Below, in pieces: positions 17,495 through 26,401 of a stretch of 64,000 bases of DNA. The stretch's first letter is position 1; each line of letters starts with the position of its first letter. Below the pieces are notes generated by a model that did not search any database, was not told where the DNA came from, and worked only from the letters and a program-made list of their open reading frames with translations. Origin of the DNA: a virus; IMG/VR virus record IMGVR_UViG_3300045988_047162; one strand, written 5' to 3'. Position numbers and translations under genes: made by a program.

Positions 17495-18208
17495 ATGAAG
17501 TGGTTCACTAGTGACTTGCATTTCGCGCATCCGTTCGTGGCCGCGCTGCGCGGATACGCGCTACCCGGATACGCTAAGGATGCATCGATCAAACAACAAG
17601 CCGAACATGAGCATAAGCCGCTCAAGAACTGTGTTGACTGGCGGAAGCATGATGCCGACATCATCCGAAGCATCAACACGTATGTTGGCAAGGAAGACGA
17701 ACTCTACATCTTGGGAGACATCAGTTCCGGCAGCACGTGGAGCGTAGACCAGGCGATAATGCGCATCCAGAATCTACAGGTTCCACGCAAACGCAGACAC
17801 TTGATCCTCGGCAACCATGAAATACACAGTTCCAGCCGCACGCTGGAAAAGTTGGCAAGCGTGTTCGGGGAAGTCGGACAAGTCGGATTAACCGACATCA
17901 CAAGCGGAGACGGAACCCGAACATATCCAGTATTGCTGAGCCACTACCAATGGCGTGAAGACTTCACGCAAAGCAAACGCCTAGGCGCAGTCTCAACCAA
18001 TTGGAACGCGCCGGAATTGGCTGAATACGCGCTACCACGCATGAACAACACTCTGCTCCTGCATGGTCATACGCACGCGTATGACCCGCTTGAGTTCGGC
18101 AGGCATCATAATGAGATCAACGTCGGATTGGACGCATGGTGTTTCAAGCCGGTCAACGAAGCCGAATTGGTGGACAATTGGCTACACACTGCGGTGAGCG
18201 CCGTCTGA
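17495..18208 (+). CDS. Calcineurin-like metallophosphoesterase
   Basis: Motifs FTSDLHFAH, LYILGDIS, LILGNHE and LLHGHTH. An alternative GTG start lies at 17486. Confidence 0.75.
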   Translation: MKWFTSDLHFAHPFVAALRGYALPGYAKDASIKQQAEHEHKPLKNCVDWRKHDADIIRSINTYVGKEDELYILGDISSGSTWSVDQAIMRIQNLQVPRKRRHLILGNHEIHSSSRTLEKLASVFGEVGQVGLTDITSGDGTRTYPVLLSHYQWREDFTQSKRLGAVSTNWNAPELAEYALPRMNNTLLLHGHTHAYDPLEFGRHHNEINVGLDAWCFKPVNEAELVDNWLHTAVSAV

Positions 18209-18231
18209 GTGGTCTACAATGGCATATGAAT

Positions 18232-18265
18232 GGGGGCGGATTCAAAAACCGCCCCCACTATTTTT
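18232..18265. terminator. Intrinsic terminator between the convergent + early arm and the - accessory block
   Basis: gggggcgg-N9-ccgccccc followed by actattttt. Confidence 0.7.
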
Positions 18266-18389
18266 CAGTAAATAGCACCGTTGGATTTCAAATCATCCAT
18301 TATTCAAGAATCTCTGCAATCCATCGCCAGCCCTGCCGTCCAGACCACGGCGCGTCATGCGGGCGCCCCGCCGCAGTGGGTGCCACCGG

Positions 18390-18686
18390 TTAGTCGAAGT
18401 CCGACGGTTCACCATTGACATAGTTCAGAAACTGGTCGAAGGCATATTGCGCGGTATCTTCATACCGGCATGGCTTCGGCTTCGCGTTCTTTTCCTGCTC
18501 TTTCTGCTCTATTAACTGGTCTATCCGGCTTTGCTCGTCACGGTGTTGCCACGCGAGAGGTCTATTGCCCTGAAGTAGGTTCTCCTCCACCGTATATTCA
18601 TGGCCGCGATACATATAGTCGAGATAAACCATATGGGCGTCGTATCCGTGCCCGTAGTATTTCCTAACGAATGTCGCTTTCCGCAT
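18390..18686 (-). CDS. Hypothetical protein (98 aa)
   Basis: AAAGGGG RBS; coding-like frame. Confidence 0.55.
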   Translation of the reverse strand: MRKATFVRKYYGHGYDAHMVYLDYMYRGHEYTVEENLLQGNRPLAWQHRDEQSRIDQLIEQKEQEKNAKPKPCRYEDTAQYAFDQFLNYVNGEPSDFD

Positions 18687-18741
18687 TGTTGCCCCTTTCT
18701 TGAGCAGGAAGCCCCCGCCTCTTGTAAGGCGGGGGAGAATG

Positions 18742-19074
18742 TCACGCTTCTACCAGCTCCCACCGGTCTCCAGTCGCTTCATCGAACTTGCCGAGCTTCA
18801 ATCCATATGCGGCGAGCAGTTCGTTCGCCCGTTTCTCCAACTCTTCTTCGTTCTCACCGTACACATCTTCAACCACTTCAGCCTCCTGCATGAGATTGCC
18901 GTCAACGCCTTGCAGGTCGATATACCATTCGCCGTCATGGGTGTCGAACCATACCCCCCTGCCTGTGGTCTTGTCGGCTATGAGAAGCATCTCGTATGCG
19001 TCGTTCGGACGGCGGATGGCGATTGGCTTGACAATGACCTTCGCGCCGGTGGTCCATTCAAGTGCTGTAAACAT
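18742..19074 (-). CDS. Hypothetical acidic protein (110 aa)
   Basis: GAAAGGA RBS 5 nt before the ATG of MFTALEW. The upstream part of ORF 18742..19182 overlaps the next gene. Confidence 0.55.
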   Translation of the reverse strand: MFTALEWTTGAKVIVKPIAIRRPNDAYEMLLIADKTTGRGVWFDTHDGEWYIDLQGVDGNLMQEAEVVEDVYGENEEELEKRANELLAAYGLKLGKFDEATGDRWELVEA

Positions 19075-19168
19075 TTTTGTCCTTTCTTTTGCTGACATGA
19101 TTAGTGCGCAGGAATCCCGTGGATTCAACCACGGGAGTGTCAAGAAGTTTGGGCGGGTTAGGCCACTT

Positions 19169-19426
19169 CTATCCAACTGCATCGATCTGCTGCCGGAGTT
19201 CCTCTATCTCATTGGAAAGGATGGCGAGAAATTCCCGGTATTCGTCGAGTTCGACCGCCGCGTCGATGGCTTCGGCCTCCAGTTCGAACCGGCAGTCACC
19301 GTCATCGGTGAATGTCAGATCAGGAAAGTCGAACCATTGCCATTCGCAATCGTTCGGGTCGCCATGCCACCCGTTTTCGGTTTTGGTGAGTGTGTAGTGT
19401 TCCGTACCTTTGTAGTTGCCGTTCAT
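19169..19426 (-). CDS. Hypothetical acidic protein (85 aa)
   Basis: AAAGGAG RBS; D/E-rich sequence. Confidence 0.55.
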   Translation of the reverse strand: MNGNYKGTEHYTLTKTENGWHGDPNDCEWQWFDFPDLTFTDDGDCRFELEAEAIDAAVELDEYREFLAILSNEIEELRQQIDAVG

Positions 19427-19486
19427 GGTGTACTCCTTTTTAGTCCATGTTTAAAAAGAAAAACGTTGAAAACAAAGGGCGTGACA

Positions 19487-19511
19487 CAATCGACACGCCC
19501 TGAAACTAAAC
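19487..19511 (-). terminator. Intrinsic terminator after the gene at 19533-20105
   Basis: On the minus strand, gggcgtg-N11-cacgccc followed by tttgttttc. Confidence 0.6.
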
Positions 19512-19532
19512 AATCGAAACCGGCAGACGCGA

Positions 19533-20105
19533 CTAGCGCAATCCGCCGCAAATGTCCTTCACGCCGGTGAGATAATCCAACTCGCCCTCGAAATCATGGC
19601 AACTCGTCGAAAACTCACCATCACGACAGCTTTCATCCGCATAATACGAGAAGTTGACGCAAAGAGGGGAATTAGGGTCGATACCCACACAGCATGCCGA
19701 ACCATCCATGAAAACCACCTTGATAGTGTCCTCGGGACACATGCCGGATATGATTTCCGTATCCTTGACGTTCAACCCGTGATTGTAGATCTCACTCGAA
19801 AGCTGATAAAGATCAATTTCACAGATTAGGTACGCGCTCCGGTCGAGTTCCGTCACATCCACGAACGTATCCGGCTGCGGGCCGTCTTCAGCGAAGTCGC
19901 CTTCTCCGGCCACCATGTCGTTCGCCTGCTCAATGCAGTAATCGACGTCCTCCACAATGTAAGCAAGCTCTGGGCCGTCAACGGTCTTCAACCTGCCGAC
20001 ATCATAAAAATCAGCAGACCAGTCGAGGCCGTACTGCGTGTTTTCCTCATCCCACTCGCGGATAGAGATTTCCACTGCCTTGCTGTTGTCAATAAGTATA
20101 GTCAT
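19533..20105 (-). CDS. Hypothetical, strongly acidic Cys-rich protein (190 aa), apparently monocistronic
   Basis: Hairpins lie upstream and a terminator downstream. Very D/E-rich with few K/R. Confidence 0.6.
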   Translation of the reverse strand: MTILIDNSKAVEISIREWDEENTQYGLDWSADFYDVGRLKTVDGPELAYIVEDVDYCIEQANDMVAGEGDFAEDGPQPDTFVDVTELDRSAYLICEIDLYQLSSEIYNHGLNVKDTEIISGMCPEDTIKVVFMDGSACCVGIDPNSPLCVNFSYYADESCRDGEFSTSCHDFEGELDYLTGVKDICGGLR

Positions 20106-20185
20106 TTCAGATACTCTCTTTCCAGCCCCCTTGCTAAAATGAGAGGGCTCTAGTTAGTTAGATTGGTAATAATTACTGAGCAATC

Positions 20186-20213
20186 GAGCCGGATAGCTGC
20201 AACTATCCGGCTC
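20186..20213 (-). terminator. 11-bp perfect hairpin downstream of the HTH gene pair (a second hairpin lies at about 20227-20257)
   Basis: gagccggatag-ctgcaa-ctatccggctc. No clear U-run. Confidence 0.45.
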
Positions 20214-20265
20214 AACTTATTCGTGAGCGGGCATGGCCGTAAAGACGCATGCCCGCCCTAGCGGA

Positions 20266-20493
20266 TCACTTAGAATCCGCAGAAGATTCAGAGTCAGAAT
20301 CATCTTCCAAAAGTTTGCGAGGATTCTTGACATGCAACGCGTCACAAATACGAATCGCCTTATCAAGCGTCATATTCTCGATAGAATTGACACCATTCTC
20401 ATAGGCTCCGATACGTTGTTGAGTAAGCCCTGCCTTGTCGGCGAGCTGTTGTTGCGTCATGCCGCGCTTCAGTCTGAGTTCCCTCATGCCCAT
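20266..20493 (-). CDS. XRE-family HTH transcriptional regulator (75 aa) with an acidic tail
   Basis: LRELRLKRGMTQQQLADKAGLTQQRIGAYENGVNSIENMTLDKAIRICDAL; GGAAGGA RBS. Confidence 0.8.
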   Translation of the reverse strand: MGMRELRLKRGMTQQQLADKAGLTQQRIGAYENGVNSIENMTLDKAIRICDALHVKNPRKLLEDDSDSESSADSK

Positions 20494-20494
20494 G

Positions 20495-20917
20495 TCAGTA
20501 TCCTTCCGTAAGAAAATCCACAGGGTCGCATTGCAACGCCTCAGACAATCGTAACGCCGTCCGCAAATACATTTGCGAAACAGGACGATAACCGGTCTCG
20601 AACCATGAGATGTTCGGTCGTGCGACACCACTCATGCCAGCCAACTGCGTCTGCGTCAACCCACGCGACAAGCGGATGTTCCTCAAGCCGACGACACCAG
20701 CCGCCACGCCACCACGCCACACATGCTCATCGGGATACAGGTCCAACACGTTGCAATGCAGTATCCGCGCCAACGATGCCGCCGTGCCCAGAAACATGTT
20801 CCGAGCGTCATCGTCAACCGTCTCATACCGGCTCAACCTCGGCATGTCATAGCCGGTCAACGCGCTCAACTGCTCCAACGTGATGCTCGAACGTTTCCGC
20901 AGCTCACGCAACCCCAT
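20495..20917 (-). CDS. Tandem double XRE-HTH regulator (140 aa)
   Basis: Two HTH_3-like units: LRELRKRSSITLEQLSALTGYDMPRLSRYE and LRNIRLSRGLTQTQLAGMSGVARPNISWFE. GAAAGGAG RBS 6 nt before the ATG. Confidence 0.75.
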   Translation of the reverse strand: MGLRELRKRSSITLEQLSALTGYDMPRLSRYETVDDDARNMFLGTAASLARILHCNVLDLYPDEHVWRGGVAAGVVGLRNIRLSRGLTQTQLAGMSGVARPNISWFETGYRPVSQMYLRTALRLSEALQCDPVDFLTEGY

Positions 20918-20977
20918 GCCACACTCCTTTCCGATCAAAAACACCATATCATCGACGGCTGGGGGACGCCGCCGACA

Positions 20978-21217
20978 TCAATCAATCCAATCCGTATCCC
21001 AATCCAGCATGTCCACTGGAATCATGCAGCCACCGGAACACTGGACGTACAGCCAGGTCGAATAGCCCATGCGAGCCGCCCTCACGCCACGGAACCATTC
21101 GCCAAGCCACTCGCACAGGAGCGACGGCAGCGAACGACGACGCCAGAACGACCTGCCGGACGCATAATCGAACCCATCGTATTCGGCGATAGGGGAGAAG
21201 AAGCCATGTTTGCTCAC
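20978..21217 (-). CDS. Hypothetical protein (79 aa, GTG start)
   Basis: AAGGAGGA RBS 6 nt upstream; GTGA coupling to the upstream gene. Confidence 0.5.
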   Translation of the reverse strand: MSKHGFFSPIAEYDGFDYASGRSFWRRRSLPSLLCEWLGEWFRGVRAARMGYSTWLYVQCSGGCMIPVDMLDWDTDWID

Positions 21218-21408
21218 TGTTTTTCCTCCTTGGTCCAAGGGATAATCTGATGCAACAGGTACGCCGCCGTCGTCAACTGGTCGTAAGCGGCCAGAATGTA
21301 AGCCGAATCAGGAGCCTTCCCGGACTCCAATCCAGACAGCAGACGGACAGCCTCAACGGCCCTGTTCGCCGCGTTCGCGCACACGTCGGAATCATGGGCG
21401 TCCATCAC
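21214..21408 (-). CDS. Hypothetical protein (64 aa)
   Basis: Translationally coupled at both ends. Confidence 0.5.
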   Translation of the reverse strand: MMDAHDSDVCANAANRAVEAVRLLSGLESGKAPDSAYILAAYDQLTTAAYLLHQIIPWTKEEKQ

Positions 21409-21797
21409 ACATGACCCTCGTCATCGGCTTGCGTCCAGAACACATAATCAAGGTCATATTCACGAGACTTCTCGAATTGTTCCCCAATCTCAATCGGCGT
21501 CAGACCAGAAAGCACTTCAGAAGTGAAATCACAATAATCATCGGAACGAGTATTGTCGTGCAGCATGAACACCTGCTCACACCATTCAGGGAACGCTGAC
21601 CAGAACTTACACCACGAATCCTCGGAAACATATTTGGCGAAATCATTGACGCGATAGACACCCTCATAAGGTTCAAACTCACGCTGGTAGAACGGTTGCA
21701 AACCCTCGTTTGCCATGCATTCAACATCGCAGACGACAGCCATGCCAATCGGCTCATCCAACGGCATGGCCTTCAACCCATCAACGGTAATCATCAT
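21405..21797 (-). CDS. Hypothetical acidic protein (130 aa)
   Basis: Coding-like frame; D/E-rich and Trp/Cys-rich. Confidence 0.55.
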   Translation of the reverse strand: MMITVDGLKAMPLDEPIGMAVVCDVECMANEGLQPFYQREFEPYEGVYRVNDFAKYVSEDSWCKFWSAFPEWCEQVFMLHDNTRSDDYCDFTSEVLSGLTPIEIGEQFEKSREYDLDYVFWTQADDEGHV

Positions 21798-21806
21798 TCT
21801 TTCCTT

Positions 21807-21989
21807 TCAATCGATACGAAACTCTTCGCCATACTTGACGCAGTGGGCATCCAAATAGGCGTCGAAAAACTCCTGCTCGGAACACGGCGCGAGATTCGCG
21901 TGCAACAGCTCCCGCAACTCGTCATCCATGAGATTCACAGCGGCCTCATAAGACACGGGACGCCCATCCCGATCAATAACAACACTCAT
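21807..21989 (-). CDS. Hypothetical acidic protein (60 aa)
   Basis: Short ORF packed tightly between neighbours. Confidence 0.45.
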   Translation of the reverse strand: MSVVIDRDGRPVSYEAAVNLMDDELRELLHANLAPCSEQEFFDAYLDAHCVKYGEEFRID

Positions 21990-22005
21990 CGTTCTTTCCT
22001 TTCAT

Positions 22006-22269
22006 TCAGCAGCAGAACTCGTCAGTGAGTTCCACCAGTCTTTTCAACGACGTCCGCATGAGACGCGAACGACAGCCGACACCGGCCAGTTCCAGCCGGT
22101 TCACCATCGCCACGCGCACGGCCTCTCCGCTACCGACAGTGCAACGCGTCAGAAACCGGCCATCGGCACGCAGAACCGCATCCCGATACGCCTCCGCATC
22201 GGCCTGAGACCTGTGACGGCGCACGCGGATTGCGCCACCCACATATTCGACGGTCCACAACGCGGCCAT
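22006..22269 (-). CDS. Hypothetical protein (87 aa)
   Basis: GGGGAGG RBS before MAALWTVEY. The rest of ORF 22006..22770 is an out-of-frame overlap of the next gene. Confidence 0.5.
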   Translation of the reverse strand: MAALWTVEYVGGAIRVRRHRSQADAEAYRDAVLRADGRFLTRCTVGSGEAVRVAMVNRLELAGVGCRSRLMRTSLKRLVELTDEFCC

Positions 22270-22270
22270 G

Positions 22271-22810
22271 TCAGTCAGCCTCCCCAAGACGGTCGAACAT
22301 CTTGTCATACGCCTTGCGCACAGCCGACAGGCCATTGCGGTACGCGGACATGCGATTCTCAGGAGTCGAAGACACAGCCAGGTCATGCTGCCAGCTAGCC
22401 GGAAACGCGATATGCTCCAACGTCCCGTCCACATCCGTCTGACGAACCTCGACATGCTGCGGGAACATGGCGTCGAACACCAGCACGCACAGCTCGAACG
22501 CCAGCCGCGTGTCCGCGTCGGCGACATAACGGAAATCATTCTCGGCCAGCCGCCGCGCCTCATCGACGTCGAACGGCAGCGTGGCATACAATGCGACGAA
22601 CCGTCCGACCGTCTCGTCATCCAGACCGCCGTCAGCGAAACAGTTTTGCACGACATCGATGAGATTGTCCCGCAAATCGGGCACCAGACCACACGCGCCG
22701 CCACGGATATACGGCACCTCGTCACGGCTGAAATGCCTCTCGAACCACTGCCAGCACACGTAACCCACATAGCCGGTCAGCTCACGCGGCAGCAAGTTGA
22801 CGTCGATCAT
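22271..22810 (-). CDS. Hypothetical acidic protein (179 aa)
   Basis: Coding-like frame; ATGA coupling upstream. Confidence 0.6.
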   Translation of the reverse strand: MIDVNLLPRELTGYVGYVCWQWFERHFSRDEVPYIRGGACGLVPDLRDNLIDVVQNCFADGGLDDETVGRFVALYATLPFDVDEARRLAENDFRYVADADTRLAFELCVLVFDAMFPQHVEVRQTDVDGTLEHIAFPASWQHDLAVSSTPENRMSAYRNGLSAVRKAYDKMFDRLGEAD

Positions 22811-23259
22811 CGCGCCACCTCCTCGCCGTTAAGGAAATCAACGAACTTCCGCCGCGCCCCACCATCGGCGTCACAGCCCAGCAAATCACTGCTGATGACG
22901 TCATAGCCGCAGCCGGTAACGAAATAGAAATACCAATCATCGCCACCACGGCTCAGCCAGCACGAACGCACATGCTTGACAAGACCGTCGTAACGGTCGC
23001 ACTTGAACCATTCCGCTAGACCCTCAGCCAGAAGCGAGTCGAAACGGAACCGTCCGACGCAGATTAAGCTGTTCTCCTCATCTTCCACGCGCTCCACGGC
23101 CTCGTCATCCAGCCTGTCGTCAAGCGAATAGCCAGCCTCAAGCGTCGCCAGATTACGCAGCAGCTCATACGAGTCGATACCGTCGAACGTCTCATGCTCA
23201 ACGATTTCATCCGCGTTGAACCAAGTGATTTCCTTATAAATGCAATCGTCGAATTTCAT
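22807..23259 (-). CDS. Hypothetical strongly acidic protein (150 aa)
   Basis: Coding-like frame; GGGAGA RBS. Confidence 0.6.
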   Translation of the reverse strand: MKFDDCIYKEITWFNADEIVEHETFDGIDSYELLRNLATLEAGYSLDDRLDDEAVERVEDEENSLICVGRFRFDSLLAEGLAEWFKCDRYDGLVKHVRSCWLSRGGDDWYFYFVTGCGYDVISSDLLGCDADGGARRKFVDFLNGEEVAR

Positions 23260-23335
23260 GGTATAATCTCCCTTGCAATTAGATTTGATTGATTGATTGC
23301 ATGGCCGGTCGCAGTCCTACCTGAGACCGGCACTT

Positions 23336-23692
23336 TCACATTTCCCTTGTGCCGCCCCACGACAGCACCTTGCCGCCGTCAACCAGCACGTAAGACTCAC
23401 CGGCATGATTGCCGACAGCATCAGCCCGCCACTCGCAGATACGCTCGTAGCCGCCAGCCATACTGCCGTCTTCCATGCCGCACTGGGGGATATCCGACAG
23501 CGACGTGTAGCCAGCCAAGTCGGCCTGACCATAGTCAGCCGTCGCATACGTCTCACGCCACCAATTCCATTGCTGTTCAGGCGTCCCATGAGGGTCAGCC
23601 ACCGGCACGGGATTGCACACCGGCGAACACGCCACGGCGAACGCCGCCACACCAGCAGCCAGCAGTCCAGCCAGCTTCACACCCTTACGCAT
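23336..23692 (-). CDS. Lipoprotein (118 aa)
   Basis: Signal peptide plus lipobox MRKGVKLAGLLAAGVAAFAV-AC; GGGAGG RBS. Confidence 0.65.
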   Translation of the reverse strand: MRKGVKLAGLLAAGVAAFAVACSPVCNPVPVADPHGTPEQQWNWWRETYATADYGQADLAGYTSLSDIPQCGMEDGSMAGGYERICEWRADAVGNHAGESYVLVDGGKVLSWGGTREM

Positions 23693-24299
23693 TCCGCTTA
23701 CCTCCCTTGGCGGTCTCGATATAACCAGGAAGCTTTTCCACGTCGAAATCCATGTCGCCAGAAACCGGGTCGGCATCATCCCGCCAAGCTTCGAACACGG
23801 CATCACGGTCAGCTCCATTCAACATGGCGTCAGACACCTCGCCATCGAAGTAATCCCGCAGCCACGCGTCCTCACGCCGCTCGTAATCGGATTCATCCAA
23901 CACCGGGTAGTAGCGCCCGTCCTTGATAATCATGTCTATCGCATATTGGACGACGGCCTGATCCGACAGTCCGCCATACCCGTCCGTCAACTCAATCGCA
24001 TAGCCGACACCGCAGAACGCACGCGGCACATAACCGTAGTCCGACAGCCACCGCACGGCAGTCTCAATATTGCTTTCATCTAGCGCGTTATCGAAGTACA
24101 GCAGCCGCGAAGCCCGATACGTGTAATCGTTGAACACAGTGTCGGCCACGCGGATACCCCGCACCCATTCCAGAATGTCCGGCAGCACGTCATCGAACGA
24201 CGGCAGACCAGCGTAGTCGATACCGTCCCACGCGTCACGCAGTTCCTCGTACAAGTCGGCGTCCTCAGCCGTATCCTTGCGAATCCAATGCACATACAT
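23685..24299 (-). CDS. Hypothetical acidic protein (204 aa)
   Basis: GAGGAAAAAGA RBS before MYVHWIRKD. Confidence 0.55.
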   Translation of the reverse strand: MYVHWIRKDTAEDADLYEELRDAWDGIDYAGLPSFDDVLPDILEWVRGIRVADTVFNDYTYRASRLLYFDNALDESNIETAVRWLSDYGYVPRAFCGVGYAIELTDGYGGLSDQAVVQYAIDMIIKDGRYYPVLDESDYERREDAWLRDYFDGEVSDAMLNGADRDAVFEAWRDDADPVSGDMDFDVEKLPGYIETAKGGKRNA

Positions 24300-24331
24300 T
24301 TCTTTTTCCTCACTTTCAGATTGATTGATTT

Positions 24332-24997
24332 TCAGCGAGACAACGTCAGAAACAGGTTTGAATACCACAGTTCCAAGTCGAGAGCCTTAAGCGCCCTGCA
24401 CGCGGCCGCATAGTCGCCCGAATCCATGCATTCGACAAACTGCTGCGCATAGGCGCACGTCTCAACGTCATCGGAAGATATGAAGTCCAGCAAGTCGTCA
24501 AGGCTGGGCCATGCGCCCTCAGAATCATCGATAGTACATTCCTCATGGCTATACAGGTGCCACGTCATACCGTCGAGATTCCAGCAATCCGCCCCTTTGC
24601 CGTTCAGTATGTCGCCTAACGTCTCAGGCCAATCCATGAACTCGTAATCGGCAATGACGCTCAGGCTTAGATTGTGCGCGTCATACAAGTCGGCCAGCCG
24701 TCCCCAGTCGGCTTCGGCGGAACCGTGGTTGTACACGTCCCATATGCCCTTAATTTCGTCGGCCATATCCTTGTACCCGGACGGCGGCACCGGACTATCA
24801 TTCCCACGCATGTACGCAAGAAGCTCAGGCGACGGCGCTGTGACAACGTCAAGACTGGAACCGTCCAAACCGTCAGGAAACTCAGCGCCATTGTATGAAT
24901 ACAACTCCAGGTCGCCGCCGCCCCGTTCGGACTCGTGCAAACCATGACGCCCCGCCATGACGTCGTAAAAATCGTCAACGGAATTAAACCCAGACAT
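24332..24997 (-). CDS. Hypothetical, very acidic protein (221 aa)
   Basis: Coding-like frame; D/E far outnumber K/R. Confidence 0.6.
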   Translation of the reverse strand: MSGFNSVDDFYDVMAGRHGLHESERGGGDLELYSYNGAEFPDGLDGSSLDVVTAPSPELLAYMRGNDSPVPPSGYKDMADEIKGIWDVYNHGSAEADWGRLADLYDAHNLSLSVIADYEFMDWPETLGDILNGKGADCWNLDGMTWHLYSHEECTIDDSEGAWPSLDDLLDFISSDDVETCAYAQQFVECMDSGDYAAACRALKALDLELWYSNLFLTLSR

Positions 24998-25119
24998 GAT
25001 TACCCACTTTCATAGAGAATGTTGTTCCGCCGTCACATGACGGCATAGTGCGCGGATAGGGAGTCGCACCCTACCAGAACTCACTAGAGCCGCGCCATAG
25101 CCCACAGAGGGCTACAAAG

Positions 25120-25584
25120 TCAGATGAGTTTCAGGAACGAACGCGGTACCACGCGCTCGAAATGGTAAAAATCGTAAGCATCGCCACTATGCGACGTCAT
25201 GGTGAACCCGTTCGCCGTGAAAATGTCGATAATCGTTCCCATGCCGCACGCGTTCGCGTTCATCTCCCAGCCGTAATCGCAACGCTTCAGCCCATATAGC
25301 GGCCTATCGGAACCGTTGTATGGAATCGACGCATACGTGTGCTTGAATCCACGCCACATGAGAAACGTCTGCCACAACGGCAACTCACGCATGGCTTCAT
25401 CCACCGCCGCAGAGAGTTTGTCATACCCACAGCCGGACGCATGGCCGGAACCACGGTCACGCCTGACAGTAACGCCATCCTCGGCCAGTAGTGCGCCAAC
25501 GGTAGCGGTAGGGCACATTCCCCACATCGCACTGCGCCGCCATTCCACGCTGATGTTCACAGATAGTTCGATCTTTCCAGTCAT
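25120..25584 (-). CDS. Hypothetical protein (154 aa)
   Basis: GAGGTG RBS 6 nt before the ATG of MTGKIEL. Confidence 0.55.
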   Translation of the reverse strand: MTGKIELSVNISVEWRRSAMWGMCPTATVGALLAEDGVTVRRDRGSGHASGCGYDKLSAAVDEAMRELPLWQTFLMWRGFKHTYASIPYNGSDRPLYGLKRCDYGWEMNANACGMGTIIDIFTANGFTMTSHSGDAYDFYHFERVVPRSFLKLI

Positions 25585-25616
25585 AATAAACACCTCACTT
25601 GTATTGTTGACTACAA

Positions 25617-25922
25617 TTAGTTTCGCGTCATGTAGGATTCAAGCCGTGCGACGCATGACTCATCGCCCGGAACCAGATGCATGTCAAGCCACTGCTCAGC
25701 CGTGACCACGGCGTAACGCTCGCCCAGCTCGCCGTTGCGCTTGACATTGCGGCTGACCACATACACCACGCCGTCAACCCACCTTATGGCGTCGGCATTC
25801 CACGCGACATCACACGGATCAATGCCATGAGCGTGCTGGAAATTCCACGCGCGATTACGCCGCGCAATCTGCGTAGAACGCATATCCTTGCACCATTGCA
25901 CGAGATTGTCATAATCAGACAT
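25617..25922 (-). CDS. Hypothetical protein (101 aa)
   Basis: AAGGGGGA RBS before MSDYDNL. Confidence 0.5.
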   Translation of the reverse strand: MSDYDNLVQWCKDMRSTQIARRNRAWNFQHAHGIDPCDVAWNADAIRWVDGVVYVVSRNVKRNGELGERYAVVTAEQWLDMHLVPGDESCVARLESYMTRN

Positions 25923-25966
25923 AGCTCCCCCTTTATTTAATCTTATTGTATTGTTGACTACATAAG

Positions 25967-26401
25967 TCAAACGAGATTGACATAATCACGCCTGACGAAA
26001 TCCCAGCCGTGGTCAGTCCATTCGAACGTGTCCACCTGCCCCATAAGGCATGGCGTCAACCAGTCCGATACCGTGTCACATAAAGGCGTGCACTCAACCT
26101 TGTAGTGATACCCGGTATTCGTCTCGCAATACACGGCCGCATGGCGCTTGAATGCATGGACGCGTGTCACGCGCACGTCTGGCATAAAGCCCGAACGGTA
26201 GTCAACGCTCCGTGACCTGAGCGCGGCAACCCTAAACGCCGCGACGATCATATGCCGCGTTGTTGCATCATCCACCCCGTGAGCCTTAATGATGGGCATT
26301 GACGCCACATAAAGGCATGACGCGTATACCGGTAGGCTCTCATGTGCCGTCGTAAGACAATCGCGAACGATTTTTACAGCCATTTTTTCGTTGGTATCCA
26401 T
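25967..26401 (-). CDS. Hypothetical protein (144 aa), first gene of the reverse block
   Basis: AAGGGGG RBS. The 1.4-kb non-coding region lies upstream. Confidence 0.55.
   Translation of the reverse strand: MDTNEKMAVKIVRDCLTTAHESLPVYASCLYVASMPIIKAHGVDDATTRHMIVAAFRVAALRSRSVDYRSGFMPDVRVTRVHAFKRHAAVYCETNTGYHYKVECTPLCDTVSDWLTPCLMGQVDTFEWTDHGWDFVRRDYVNLV

Noticed and set aside
22270-22770. Upstream part of the 254-aa minus ORF 22006..22770
   Set aside because: It is Cys/Arg/Ser/Trp-rich and overlaps the convincing gene 22271..22810 out of frame. Only the C-terminal 87 codons, preceded by a GGGGAGG RBS, are kept.
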